Part shown: in pieces, positions 54,669-64,000 of the stretch | How positions within the stretch are numbered: the first letter of the stretch is position 1 | Layout: every line of letters begins with the position of its first letter | Assembly: GCA_963833985.1 (NCBI GenBank) | Contig: CAWIAD010000002.1 | Coordinates: 5,824,001 to 5,888,000, forward strand | Direction of reading: 5' to 3' | From: an uncultured Planctomycetaceae bacterium | Lineage (GTDB): Bacteria; Planctomycetota; Planctomycetia; Isosphaerales; Isosphaeraceae | Length of the DNA: 64,000 bases | Notes under the pieces: generated by a model | Told to the model about the DNA's origin: nothing | Seen by the model: only the letters and a program-made list of their open reading frames with translations | The model's database searches: none | Position numbers and translations under genes: made by a program

Positions 54669-56142
54669 ATGACTCAAAGACACCCCTGTTCAACCGCTGC
54701 CTTGTGGGCACGGTTTCGGTTCTCCGTGGTGGGCTCGCTCCTGAGCTCTCCCCCTGCGCGGATCGCTTCAGACAGCGATCTGCTCCCTTGCCGAAAAGAC
54801 CTGGTCGCATCCTGTGACGGGGCGCGATGTCCGCGTCGCGGCCGCCACCATCGCGCGCTGGTACTACACGGCGCTCCACCAGCCTGACGACCCGGTCGCC
54901 GCCTTGCGTCGTGCCGTGCGGAAAGACTGCGGAAAGATCTCGCTGGCGGCGACCCTCGCCGAGCGACTCCATCTCCAGTATCGCGATCACACGGACTGGA
55001 GCTATCAACTGCACTACGACAACCTCGCCGCGCTCTTGAAGGCCGATCCCTCACTGGGGCGGCTCCCCTCCTATTCCACGATCAAGCGTTTCATGCAGGC
55101 TCACGGCCTGGTGCGCAGACCGAGGCTCCGGCCCGGCGGACGCCCTGGCGAAGTCCGCGCCCAAGAGAGGCGTCAGACACGGGAAATCCGCAGCTACGAA
55201 GCCACCCATGTCGGAGCGCTCTGGCATCTCGATTTCCACCACGGATCGCTCAAGGTGCTCACTCCCGGCGGCCAGTGGCTGCGGCCAATCGCGCTGGGCA
55301 TCCTCGATGACCACTCACGACTGTGCTGCCACGTTCAGTGGTATCTCTCGGAGACCGCCGAGGACCTGGTGCACGGACTCTCCCAGGCGATCCAGAAACG
55401 GGGCCTGCCGTGCGCGCTGTTGACCGATAACGGCTCCGCGATGGTGGCCGAGGAAGTCACCGAAGGGCTCTTGCGTCTGGGCATCGTCGCAGAGCGAACG
55501 CTCCCTTATAGCCCGTATCAAAACGGCAAGCAGGAGGCGTTCTGGGGCACGCTCGAGGGGCGGCTCATGAAGATGCTCGATGGTGTCAGGGAATTGACCC
55601 TGGAATTGCTCAATGAGGCAACCCAGGCCTGGATGGAAATTGAGTACAACCGCGCCGTGCACCGCGAGACCGGCAGCTCGCCGGTCGACCGCTTCGCCAA
55701 GGCCCCCGATGTGCTTCGCTCGAGCCCTTCGAGTGTAGCGCTGCGTGCGGCATTCCGCCTGGAGACCAAGAGGAGCCAGCGTCAAAGCGACGGCACCATC
55801 TCACTGGAGGGGAGGCGCTTCGAGATTCCGGCAAGGTACCGTCACTTCCGCGCAGTGACCGTCCGTTACGCCCGCTGGGACCTCGGCCGGATCGATCTGG
55901 TCGACGAGCAAAGTGGAACCGTCCTGGCTCCCATTTATCCCCTCGACAAAGCCGCCAACGCCGACGGCCGCCGGGCCGTAACCGGGTCCGGTGGCACCGA
56001 GGTGCCGTCCCCAGAGCAGCGGCGCGACGCCGGCGAACTGCCACCCCTCCTGAAAAGGATCCTCCAGGAGTACTCGGCCACGGGCATGCCGCCGGCCTAT
56101 TTGCCCAGGACATCCCCGAAAGACAACGGAGAACCCTCATGA
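54669..56142 (+). CDS. DDE-type (rve/Mu-like) transposase; frameshift(s) near 54760-54810
   Basis: WHLDFH, LDDHSR, LTDNG, PYSPYQNGKQE, Mu-like C-terminal DGTISLEGRRFEIP. Confidence 0.85.
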
Positions 56143-56984
56143 ATAGCAAGAAACTGCTGGCACTCTATGGGCTGAAATGGAACCCGTTTTCACCCGAGCT
56201 TCCTCCCGAAGCACTGCTGGCGCCCCCCAGGATCGAGCAATTTGCCTGGCGCGTGGAACAGCTGGTCCAGGAAGGAGGCTTCGCGCTGATCACGGGTGAG
56301 TCGGGCACCGGCAAATCGGTGGCGCTGCGGATTGTGGCCGGGCGGCTGGCGGCGCTGCGGGATGTCACCGTCGGTGTGATCGAGCGACCCCAGTCGAAGA
56401 GCCCCGACTTCTATCGGGAGCTGGGGGACATCTTCGCGGTGAAGCTGGCACCGCACAATCGCTGGTGCGGGTTCAAGGCGCTCCGCGAGCGGTGGAAAGC
56501 CCACGTGGCCTCCTCGCGGATCCGCCCGGTGCTGCTGATCGACGAAGCCCAGGAGATGAGCCCTGAGGTCCTCTGCGAGCTGCGTATTCTCTCCAGCGCC
56601 GACTTCGATGCCACGTCGCTTTTGACCGTGATCCTCTCGGGAGATGAACGACTGCTGGAACTGTTGCGGCACGAAGATCTGGTGCCCCTGGGCACCCGGA
56701 TTCGCACGCGACTGGTCACCGAGCCCGCCACCCGCGAAGAGCTCCTGGAGTTGCTTCAACACGCGCTGGCCAAGGCCGGCAATGCCGCGCTCATGACGCC
56801 CCAGCTCGCAGAGACACTGGTCGACCACAGCGCGGGGAACTACCGTTTGCTCATGATTATGGGAGGTGAGCTCTTGGCCCATGGCATGGCGCACGAAATC
56901 GGGCAGCTTGACGAGAAGTGCTACCTCGAGGTCTATCAGCCGCGAGGCCCGCGCCCTGCGCTGAAGAAGAAAGCGAAGGTGTGA
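56139..56984 (+). CDS. ExeA/AAA_22-type transposition helper ATPase
   Basis: Walker A GESGTGKS, Walker B LLIDEAQ; ATGA overlap with the transposase. Confidence 0.88.
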   Translation: MNSKKLLALYGLKWNPFSPELPPEALLAPPRIEQFAWRVEQLVQEGGFALITGESGTGKSVALRIVAGRLAALRDVTVGVIERPQSKSPDFYRELGDIFAVKLAPHNRWCGFKALRERWKAHVASSRIRPVLLIDEAQEMSPEVLCELRILSSADFDATSLLTVILSGDERLLELLRHEDLVPLGTRIRTRLVTEPATREELLELLQHALAKAGNAALMTPQLAETLVDHSAGNYRLLMIMGGELLAHGMAHEIGQLDEKCYLEVYQPRGPRPALKKKAKV

Positions 56985-56986
56985 CG

Positions 56987-57940
56987 ATGGCGACCAGTGG
57001 CGAGCAAGTGCTTCCGGTGGTGCGTGTGGCCGAGCTTCCCAGCGATGAGCTCGCGGAGCGATGGCTGGTGGAGCAGCTCTGGTGTGCCCACGCGGTGGGC
57101 GTCATCGGCGGCGCTCCGAAGTGCGCCAAGACGTGGCTGGGGCTGGACATGGCCCTCTCCGTAGCCACGGGCACACCATGCCTGGGCAAGTATGCCGTAC
57201 CGGAGCCGGGACCGGTTCTGGTTTACCTGGCTGAGGATGCGCTGCGGGCTGTGCGCGAACGTATCGAGGGAATGGCCCGGCATCGCGGTCTGGATCTCGA
57301 CGAGGTGTCGATCCACGTGATCACGGTCCCGGTGCTCCGGCTCGATCACGATCGAGACCGCACGCGGCTGTGGGAGACAGTGCGGGGGCTTCGGCCTCGG
57401 CTGCTGGTGCTGGATCCCCTGGTGCGACTTCACGGCATCGACGAGAATCATGCTGGCGACGTCGCCGAATTACTCGGGTATCTGCGGTCGTTGCAGCGTC
57501 AGCTTGGCCTGGCGGTTCTGCTGGTGCATCACACGCGGAAGAACGCCGCGGACGGTGTTGCCGCCGGTCAGGGCCTGCGTGGGTCGGGTGACATACATGC
57601 CTTCGGCGACTCGAACCTGTATCTCCAGCGCACGAAGGAGCACCTGATCCTCTCCAGCGAGCACCGGTCGGCGCCGGCAGTAGCGCCTGTTTATCTGGAG
57701 CTGGTCGCCACCGACGCGGGGACAGCTCACCTGGAGGTCATCGCAGCGCCTGATGATCGGAACGGGCGCGACCTCGAAGGGCAAGTGCTGAATCTTCTGG
57801 CTCAAGGCCGAGTGCTTACGCGAGCGAGCCTGCGTGATTCGCTGGCGGTGAAGAACGAGCGTTTAGGGACGGTACTGGAGTCACTGGAGCGCGCCGGCAA
57901 GATCGGCCGCACAACTGGAGGCTGGCGACGTCTCCGCTGA
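56987..57940 (+). CDS. AAA_25/RecA-like ATPase (RepA-helicase-like)
   Basis: GGAPKCAKT, YLAED, LVLDPL, VHHTRK, LRGSGD. Confidence 0.85.
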   Translation: MATSGEQVLPVVRVAELPSDELAERWLVEQLWCAHAVGVIGGAPKCAKTWLGLDMALSVATGTPCLGKYAVPEPGPVLVYLAEDALRAVRERIEGMARHRGLDLDEVSIHVITVPVLRLDHDRDRTRLWETVRGLRPRLLVLDPLVRLHGIDENHAGDVAELLGYLRSLQRQLGLAVLLVHHTRKNAADGVAAGQGLRGSGDIHAFGDSNLYLQRTKEHLILSSEHRSAPAVAPVYLELVATDAGTAHLEVIAAPDDRNGRDLEGQVLNLLAQGRVLTRASLRDSLAVKNERLGTVLESLERAGKIGRTTGGWRRLR

Positions 57941-58059
57941 TCATCCGGAGCGGACCGTTCCGTTCCCCTTCCGGAGAGGGGAACGGAACGATCCTCCTGC
58001 AGTGAAATACACCACCGATTATCTTGCCCAGATGGCCATCGATTATCGCGGCCACTCTC

Positions 58060-58077
58060 AGATGTGCGGAAAGTAGG
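58060..58077. repeat. Orphan third copy of the IS1634 right inverted repeat
   Basis: agatgtgcggaaagtagg, identical to 53400-53417. Confidence 0.85.
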
Positions 58078-58110
58078 AGTGCGGGTCCGTAAATGGCAAA
58101 ATGGGTGGGA

Positions 58111-58412
58111 AAATGGGGCCACCCACGGTCTGGGGCGTCAGCAAGTGGGTGGCCCTTCCACCATCTCCTTCTGCCATCCTCCCGCTTTGCCGGGGGCCAC
58201 CAGGTTCGCGGATGGACGCTGCCGACAAGGCGCCGGATGCGACGATCGAGCCGCCCGCGAGCCAGAATATAGGTGACCCAATCTGCTCCCATCTGCTGCC
58301 AGAATATGGGTGGCCCCATCTGCTGGCCCCAGAATATGGGTGGCCCCATCTGCTGCCCCATCTGCTGCCATCTGCTGCCACCATCTCCTGCCAACCTGCT
58401 GCCATCTGCTGT
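58111..58412. repeat. REP-like palindrome plus degenerate tandem array (ccagaatatgggtggccccatctgctg / ccatctgctg)
   Basis: gggccacccac...gtgggtggccc at ~58116-58155. Long unit at 58262, 58299 and 58329; short unit repeated to ~58411. Confidence 0.8.
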
Positions 58413-58741
58413 GCCTTCGTGCCAGGAGCCGTACTCGGCGAAGAACTCCAGCGCCTTGCAGGCGGCGGGCAGCTCCAAGGTCAAGACCGACTGGGTGATG
58501 GTGTGTTCCTCGACGTTCAGGGCCATGGCGGTGATCCACTCGGCGAAGCGGTGGAAGCCGCGGCGGGTCAAGGCCCAAGCAAAGGCGTTGAGCAAGTCTT
58601 GCCAGATGGACCAGGTGAGTTTAGCCTCAGTTGTCATGCGTCTCCTGTGTCGGGGCCGGATGGGTTTGTGACCACCTGGCAGGTTCCGACCAAGAGACGC
58701 TGCATTTCAATACGGTACATACGATCAAGTATTGTGCAGTT
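58413..58741 (-). pseudogene. N-terminal remnant of a second IS701-like transposase (ATG 58637) with probable left end near 58741
   Basis: AFAWALTRRGFHRFAEWITAMALNVEEHTITQS...FAEYGSW, then interrupted by the tandem array. Family call from recalled similarity. Confidence 0.55.
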
Positions 58742-58956
58742 CTTCGTGGAAATCACTGGTTAGAAAAGGTAGGGCGCGATGTCCAGCTCATCGCAAAGAT
58801 CGGAGACGGGAACCATTTCGAGAGGGTAGCGTTTCAGAATGGCGGCTATCTTCTCTGGGCCTGAAAAGTGCCGACGCGTCCGGTTCATGAGAAGCCTCCG
58901 TCCAGGTCATGCTGACCCAAAGGGCAGCTTCTTCCTGATTCAGCAGAGGCAAAACA
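58742..58956 (-). pseudogene. Degraded IS3-family orfA and left end
   Basis: Minus strand starts TGTTTTGCCTCTGCTG at 58956. ATG 58888 gives MNRTRRHFSGPEKIAAILKRYPLEMVPVSDLCDELDIAP, then a stop. Confidence 0.65.
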
Positions 58957-58974
58957 GGTTGCGGCTACGCCGCG

Positions 58975-59684
58975 TCAGGATGTCAGCAGCTGCTGAAACG
59001 AGCAGAGTTCGATTCCCTCCGCTTTGAGAAGTGCACGGACAGTGGGATGTGATAGGACGTCTACCTCGATCGACCGCTCGGCGCCGTAGGACAACTCCTT
59101 CGCAGTCACTCGGCCTGGATGACATCCAAGTTCTGTCAATCCGGGAGGTAGATCCTTCAATAGCACGGTGAGCGACTCGACTGAGATCGCATCGGGTAAA
59201 CGAACTCCCATTGCCGTCTGCCCATAGAACCCGCCGCAATACTGGATGCCGGCACTGAAGCGCCTCAGCGGAATACCGAGCCGCGCGCAAGGTCGAGCGC
59301 GGCCGACCGGACCGGCTCGTTCTTGTGGACGTGCTGATGGGAATCGAGGTGGGTCGGATCGCGGCCAACCTGCCGGCGGAAACTCCACAATTGGCGCGCG
59401 AGTTCCTCGGCAACAACCGCGTGATCTTCGAGAGGAACAACCAAATCTCGCTGGATCCAGACTTCGCCGTCGTGGAACCATTCACCGAGATCGAGGTGAA
59501 GACCGAGACTGAGTCGGGGTTCCTTGCGGCCATAGGCGGCGGCGGACGCGGCGGCGGGCTTGAGCACCATCAGGCTGGCGCTCGTGACAATTCCGTGCTC
59601 GTGAGCCTCGATGATCCCCCGGTTGACGCCCTCGCTGAGGCCAAAATCGTCGGCGTTGACGATCAGGAACCGTCTCGAATCCAT
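58975..59684 (-). CDS. ChbG/HpnK/YdjC-family carbohydrate deacetylase; frameshift near 59290
   Basis: LIVNADDFG, GIVTSASLM, LGLHLDL, PTHLDSHQHVH, ELGCHPG. Confidence 0.9.
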
Positions 59685-59753
59685 GGCAAGCCTCACGCGG
59701 TAGTGGGTCGCGGTCACGCGATTCCGGATGTACACGAACCTCGATCTGCCCCG

Positions 59754-60800
59754 TCATCGCATGCTCAGCTTCTCGGCCAGTGCGCTCGCCTCTTCCAGCC
59801 AATTGTGAGCGTTCTCCGGCGGAGGCGACCAGTCGGGCGCCCATCCCAGCCATTGGAGCGCGAGATGGAGCCGGCAGTCGTCGAGGGCCAGGAGCAGGTC
59901 TTTGAACGGGAAAGCGGGCCAGCCCAGAGAGAGCAAGGCGTCGTGATAGGCGGCCGCCATTTCCGTCCGCTCGCGCTCGGCCCATGCTCCTGAGCTGAGT
60001 GCGGCCAGGTCGATGAGGCCGGGACCGACGGCCGCCATCTCCCAGTCCACCGGACGAATCCGACAACCATCTCCCGTCTCCTGGACGAGGATATTCGAAG
60101 CGTAGAACTCCCCATGGATCAATGTGGCAGGCAGCCGGTCCAGCCGTTCGATAGCCCGCCCATAGGTTTCGACCAGGGATTCCCGGACGGCCGGCGCCAG
60201 CCCGATGAAAAGACACGTCTCGGCGCGCTCAAGCCACAGCCGGTAGAACGCTGCATCGTAGCGTAGCAGGGGGGCGGACCGGCTGAGAGAGTCGCCTTTT
60301 CCTTTGAAGCGGAAATGCAAGTGTGCAAGCCATCGGGCCGCCTGCAACCAGAGAGTGCCGCCTCCCAGCTGGCTGAGCCTCACGCCCGGGATCTTCTCCA
60401 GGAGAAGCCAGTAGATCTCTTGATCCGGTTTCACGACTGCACCATAGTAATGCGCCGTGTCCAGGCCACCCCGAGCCAGTATCGCTTGATACGTCTGGAT
60501 TTCACGCAGTGGATCGTAAAGGAATCGGGGTTTGACCCGGCGAGCGAGCTCGTGGGCATTCTTCATTCCGAGATCCTTGAGCAGAAGCCGCAGGACCGAT
60601 GCATCGTCGAGCTCGAGCTCGAGTTCGACGAGATGGAAGCTGGTCCGGTCGACGCAAGGACGGCTCTCCAGCCGGATGATCGCCCCGAGATCCGGATGAT
60701 GGCGGTATAACAGGTCATCGAGCATGGACCGCAATTCCATGTCGGAAGCCGCGTGGTTCGCGTCGGGCGTCGGTTCCGGGAGGTGAGTGTCAACCGTCAT
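59754..60800 (-). CDS. Aminoglycoside phosphotransferase/choline kinase-like protein
   Basis: LLKD, WLLLEKI, TLIHGEFYASNILV, VDWEMA. Confidence 0.82.
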   Translation of the reverse strand: MTVDTHLPEPTPDANHAASDMELRSMLDDLLYRHHPDLGAIIRLESRPCVDRTSFHLVELELELDDASVLRLLLKDLGMKNAHELARRVKPRFLYDPLREIQTYQAILARGGLDTAHYYGAVVKPDQEIYWLLLEKIPGVRLSQLGGGTLWLQAARWLAHLHFRFKGKGDSLSRSAPLLRYDAAFYRLWLERAETCLFIGLAPAVRESLVETYGRAIERLDRLPATLIHGEFYASNILVQETGDGCRIRPVDWEMAAVGPGLIDLAALSSGAWAERERTEMAAAYHDALLSLGWPAFPFKDLLLALDDCRLHLALQWLGWAPDWSPPPENAHNWLEEASALAEKLSMR

Positions 60801-60857
60801 TTCGCGGCCTCGAAAACAACATCCACGCAGCAATGAGGATCGATCCCTCGGAAGGCC

Positions 60858-62027
60858 TCAAGTCGAGTAGAGGCGGTCCAGGAGGCGACCGAGGACCTTT
60901 TTGGAGTCGAAAAACTCTGCGGCGATGTCGCGTGCCGCACGCGCGTGACGGGCGTAGTTCGCCCGGAGCTCCTTGATGGCGGCGAGTATATCCTCGGTCG
61001 ATTCGAATGCGAGCAGCCCCTCTCCGGACGGAACAAACTCGCTGAAGCCTGTCTCCTGGGCGAGGACCGGCCGGCCGGAAGCCAGGTAGCAGAGACTGCG
61101 ATCGCTGATCCAGCCGCAGCGCGAGTCCACGTAGCCGCTCTTGGCGATCCCGAACTCCGCCTTCGAGCCCTGAACGAACCGCCGATAATCGTCGGGCGTA
61201 CCAGCCACCTGCGCGGGGTCGACCAGCTGCCAGCCGTTTGCGGCCAGCGCCGCGAGGTCTTTATCTTCTTTCTGGTGAATGGCCAGTGCGAGCAGGAATT
61301 TCTCAGTGGTCCGCGCTGGCAAGCTGATGAACCGGCGGAGGGAATGGGCTTTCTGGCCGTACAGTCTGCCTGCATGCTCGATCGAGCCGTAACTCCGCCA
61401 GTGACCGACGGTGGTCAGCGCATCGTGAGTCATCCGGTGGGCCACGGGCCAGGATGACAGAACTACTGGTTGCAGGGAGGTGATCCAGGGGATCTCGCAG
61501 GTCGGCACGGGGCAATCCGGTCGGCCGACGCCCAGGCCGATCGTCACGAAATGCGTGTGGCAAAGAAGCGGTATCTCGCGGACGCGCGAGACATGCCACA
61601 GCTGGTTGAAAGCCGGGTCAAGGTCAAGATAAACGCGCCGCGGTATGTCGCCGGTGAGTTCCTCGTCGGTCAGCATGCCCGAGATATTGATGAGCACCTC
61701 GGCGGAGCGAGCGGCACGCTGAAGTTCCTCATAGGCAAGTCCGACTGTCTGCCGGGTTCCCGCGACCAGGAGGGCGGAATCCGCATCGAACCCGAATTGC
61801 TCCATGACCGCGTGGAAGTAGCGAGCGTTTCGTGTCCGATCCGGAGCGACCCCTGCGGGACTCAAGGCAGTCTCCGGGATGCTCTCGACGAAGACCGCCC
61901 TGTATCCCAGCTGTCGGAATCCCAGCAGATACTGAAGCACCGCCCAGGTCGCCCCTCCCTGGTACGGAACCGTGGCGATCATTCCGCTCAGGAGGATGGT
62001 GGGCGAACCCTTGCGGCATCGGTTCAT
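60858..62027 (-). CDS. GT-B glycosyltransferase-like protein (paralog 1)
   Basis: GGATWAVLQYLLGF, YLDLDPAFNQLW, EFGIAKSGY, GWISDRSLCYLASGRPVLAQETGF. Confidence 0.7.
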   Translation of the reverse strand: MNRCRKGSPTILLSGMIATVPYQGGATWAVLQYLLGFRQLGYRAVFVESIPETALSPAGVAPDRTRNARYFHAVMEQFGFDADSALLVAGTRQTVGLAYEELQRAARSAEVLINISGMLTDEELTGDIPRRVYLDLDPAFNQLWHVSRVREIPLLCHTHFVTIGLGVGRPDCPVPTCEIPWITSLQPVVLSSWPVAHRMTHDALTTVGHWRSYGSIEHAGRLYGQKAHSLRRFISLPARTTEKFLLALAIHQKEDKDLAALAANGWQLVDPAQVAGTPDDYRRFVQGSKAEFGIAKSGYVDSRCGWISDRSLCYLASGRPVLAQETGFSEFVPSGEGLLAFESTEDILAAIKELRANYARHARAARDIAAEFFDSKKVLGRLLDRLYST

Positions 62028-62031
62028 CTTC

Positions 62032-63188
62032 TCAGGCAACAAGACCTGTCTCCTCGAGTAACCGGCCGAGAACCCGATTCGAGTCGAAATACGTTTCGGC
62101 AATGGCGCGGGCGGCCTGGCTGTGCAGGCTGTAGTCGTGCGCAATTCTGTGGGCGCCGTCGCGAGCTTCCTCCATCGAGCGGAAGGCCAGCAGGCCCTCG
62201 GCCACGGGGTAGTTGTGGCTGAAACCGGTGTCCTGCACAAGCACCGGGCGGCCCGAAGCCAGGTAACGGACAGTGCGGTCGCTGAACCAGCCGCTTTGCG
62301 TCGTGACGTAGATTCCCTGGGCGACCGAGAATTCCGCTCCCGACGCCTGGACATATTCACGGAAGGCGATCGGTCCCGATGCCACGACCTTGGGGTCGAC
62401 GACGTGCCATCCGTGTTCTCGGAGTGCCGTCAGGTCCCGCTCATCGGCCGGATCGATGTCCAGTGCGATTTCGAATTTCAGGTCCACGCATTGAGGAAGC
62501 TTGACGAACCTTCGAAATTCATGGACCTTCAACCCATACGTCGTACCCGCGTACTGGACAGGACCATAGCGACCCCTCCAGCTCGCGATCGTGCTGAACG
62601 AATGGGCCTTCGGGGGGGCACACACGGGCCATTGCTCCAGCACCACCGGCTGCCGGATCGGCCGCCAGGAGATGCCGCCGGTCGGGATGGAGCAACCGGG
62701 CGCCCGATGTTCTCGCCGACGGTGTAATAGAAGTTGTGGCCCTCCAGATGCGGTCCCGAATCACCCATTGCATGCCAGAACTGAGTGTACCCTGGATCAA
62801 GGTCGATATAGATCTTGCAGGGGATCGCCCCCATCCGGGCGTGCGTCCAGTGACCGGTGATGTTCACGAGGGCGCTTGCGGAGCGTATCAGGTCATCCAG
62901 TTCGGTGGTTGTCAAACCCTGGGTTGGCCCGTCGTCGCAGACCAGCGTTGCCAGGTCGGAGAGGCCGAACTGCTCGGTCACTTCGCGGAAGTACTGCCGA
63001 TTGGCCGAGTCCTCGAACCTGCACGGGCGGCCCGTTGCGTCCACGCAGCTCTCCGCCCGGATCTGCTCGACGAACGCGACTTCCAGACCCAGCGACTTCA
63101 GTCCCAGCGCCCAGCTCAGGCGAGTCCAAGCTGCGCCACCGTTGTGCAGCTTGTTTGCCAGAGCACCGCTGACGAGGATGATAGCCAT
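62032..63188 (-). CDS. GT-B glycosyltransferase-like protein (paralog 2); frameshift near 62695
   Basis: GGAAWTRLSWALGL, YIDLDPGYTQFW, EFSVAQGIY, GWFSDRTVRYLASGRPVLVQDTGF. Confidence 0.7.
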
Positions 63189-63213
63189 GAAGATGGTGCC
63201 CCACGAAACGGGA

Positions 63214-64000
63214 TCAGGACATGCCCAGCTCTTGCAGGAGCCGAGTCAGAACTTTATCGGAATCGAAGTATGCCTCGGCCAGGGCCCGGGCCGCCCGCGC
63301 ATGCCGGTCGGCATGTCGAGTGATCTCCTCCACGCCCGCGACAGCCTCATCGAGAGTCGAAAAAGTGATCAGCCCCTCGCCCGTCGGGAAGTGTTGCGAA
63401 AAACCGGTCTCCTGAGCCAGCACGGGCTTGCCGCTCGCCAGGTAGCAGAGGCTCCGATCGCTCATCCAACCGCCGCGACTCCGCACGTAGAGATCTTTTG
63501 CGACAGAGAACTCGGCAAGCGAGCGACCAATGTAATTTCGATAGGCGAGCACATCGCCGGCGACGATCCGCGGATCCCTCAGTGTCCATCCGTTGCCGGA
63601 CAGGAGTGCCAGGTCCCTTGTCTCGGCCGGGTGAATGGCGAGCGCAAGCTCGAACGGGCGGCCGGTGAGCCCGGGCAGGGCCACGAACCGGCGGAACTGG
63701 TGCACGCGAAGCCCATAAGAATTCCCCTGGAACTCCACGGGCCCGTAGGCCCCGCGCCAGCTCGCGATCGTGGTGAACGACTCGCCGGCCACCTCGGAGC
63801 GAGGCCACCACTCAAGCACGACCGGCTGGGGGGTGACGATCCAGTCCAGTCCGCAGGTCGGGATCTGGCAGTCCGGCCGGCCGATATTCAGGCCGATGGT
63901 CACGTGGGCATTGTGGCCCGCGAATGGGCGATGCAAACCCAGCGTATCCCAGAACTGGCCGAAGCCCGGGTCGATGTCGAGGAAGACTCGCTTCGAGGCA
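63214..64000 (-). CDS. GT-B glycosyltransferase-like protein (paralog 3); start lies beyond the window
   Basis: FLDIDPGFGQFW, EFSVAKDLY, GWMSDRSLCYLASGKPVLAQETGF. Confidence 0.7.
   Translation of the reverse strand, partial: ASKRVFLDIDPGFGQFWDTLGLHRPFAGHNAHVTIGLNIGRPDCQIPTCGLDWIVTPQPVVLEWWPRSEVAGESFTTIASWRGAYGPVEFQGNSYGLRVHQFRRFVALPGLTGRPFELALAIHPAETRDLALLSGNGWTLRDPRIVAGDVLAYRNYIGRSLAEFSVAKDLYVRSRGGWMSDRSLCYLASGKPVLAQETGFSQHFPTGEGLITFSTLDEAVAGVEEITRHADRHARAARALAEAYFDSDKVLTRLLQELGMS

Noticed and set aside
58261..58412. CRISPR array
   Set aside because: Units abut with no unique spacers, and no cas genes are in the window.
57816..58637. ORF 57816..58637 as an intact 273-aa protein
   Set aside because: Chimera of a transposase N-terminus, translated tandem repeats and unrelated sequence.
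59754..60800. Aminoglycoside resistance gene
   Set aside because: Only fold-level APH similarity, a non-canonical HGE motif, and a biosynthetic operon context.

Overview
GC-rich bacterial DNA. The ECF-sigma/Ser-Thr kinase pairs, IS types and NGH-rich linkers suggest a planctomycete (inference). About 15 scattered small indels break otherwise intact genes, most likely long-read consensus errors. (1) 1-1.4 kb: PLP-dependent aromatic amino acid decarboxylase, divergent from (2) a ~29.5 kb co-oriented lipid/polyketide cluster (2327-31843). The cluster holds a Pfa/Hgl-like iterative PKS (FMN-ER x2-KS-AT-ACP x3-KR-DH), an ACP-less KS-AT-DH-PPTase, a free ACP, two AlkP/NPP-family proteins, a beta-propeller-methyltransferase fusion, a methyltransferase, two SDR domains, an LpqC-type esterase, a sulfotransferase, a TPR protein and a catalytically degenerate M50-like/HlyD protein. 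No release domain is visible. (3) 32-40.8 kb: second esterase, TlpA redoxin, di-heme DHOR-type protein, kinase/ECF pair. (4) 41-59 kb: mobile-element hotspot. It contains a 2-kb element of a small ORF plus a large serine recombinase between perfect 20-bp inverted repeats, two 45-bp tRNA-Ala 3'-half direct repeats around IS701 and an ECF/kinase pair, and IS630, IS1634, a DDE/ExeA/AAA_25 element, and IS701 and IS3 remnants. (5) 59-64 kb: ChbG-type deacetylase, APH-like kinase and three tandem glycosyltransferase-like paralogs. The best candidates for an undescribed system are the PKS cluster and the inverted-repeat-bounded serine recombinase element. All family calls come from motif recognition; no searches were run.
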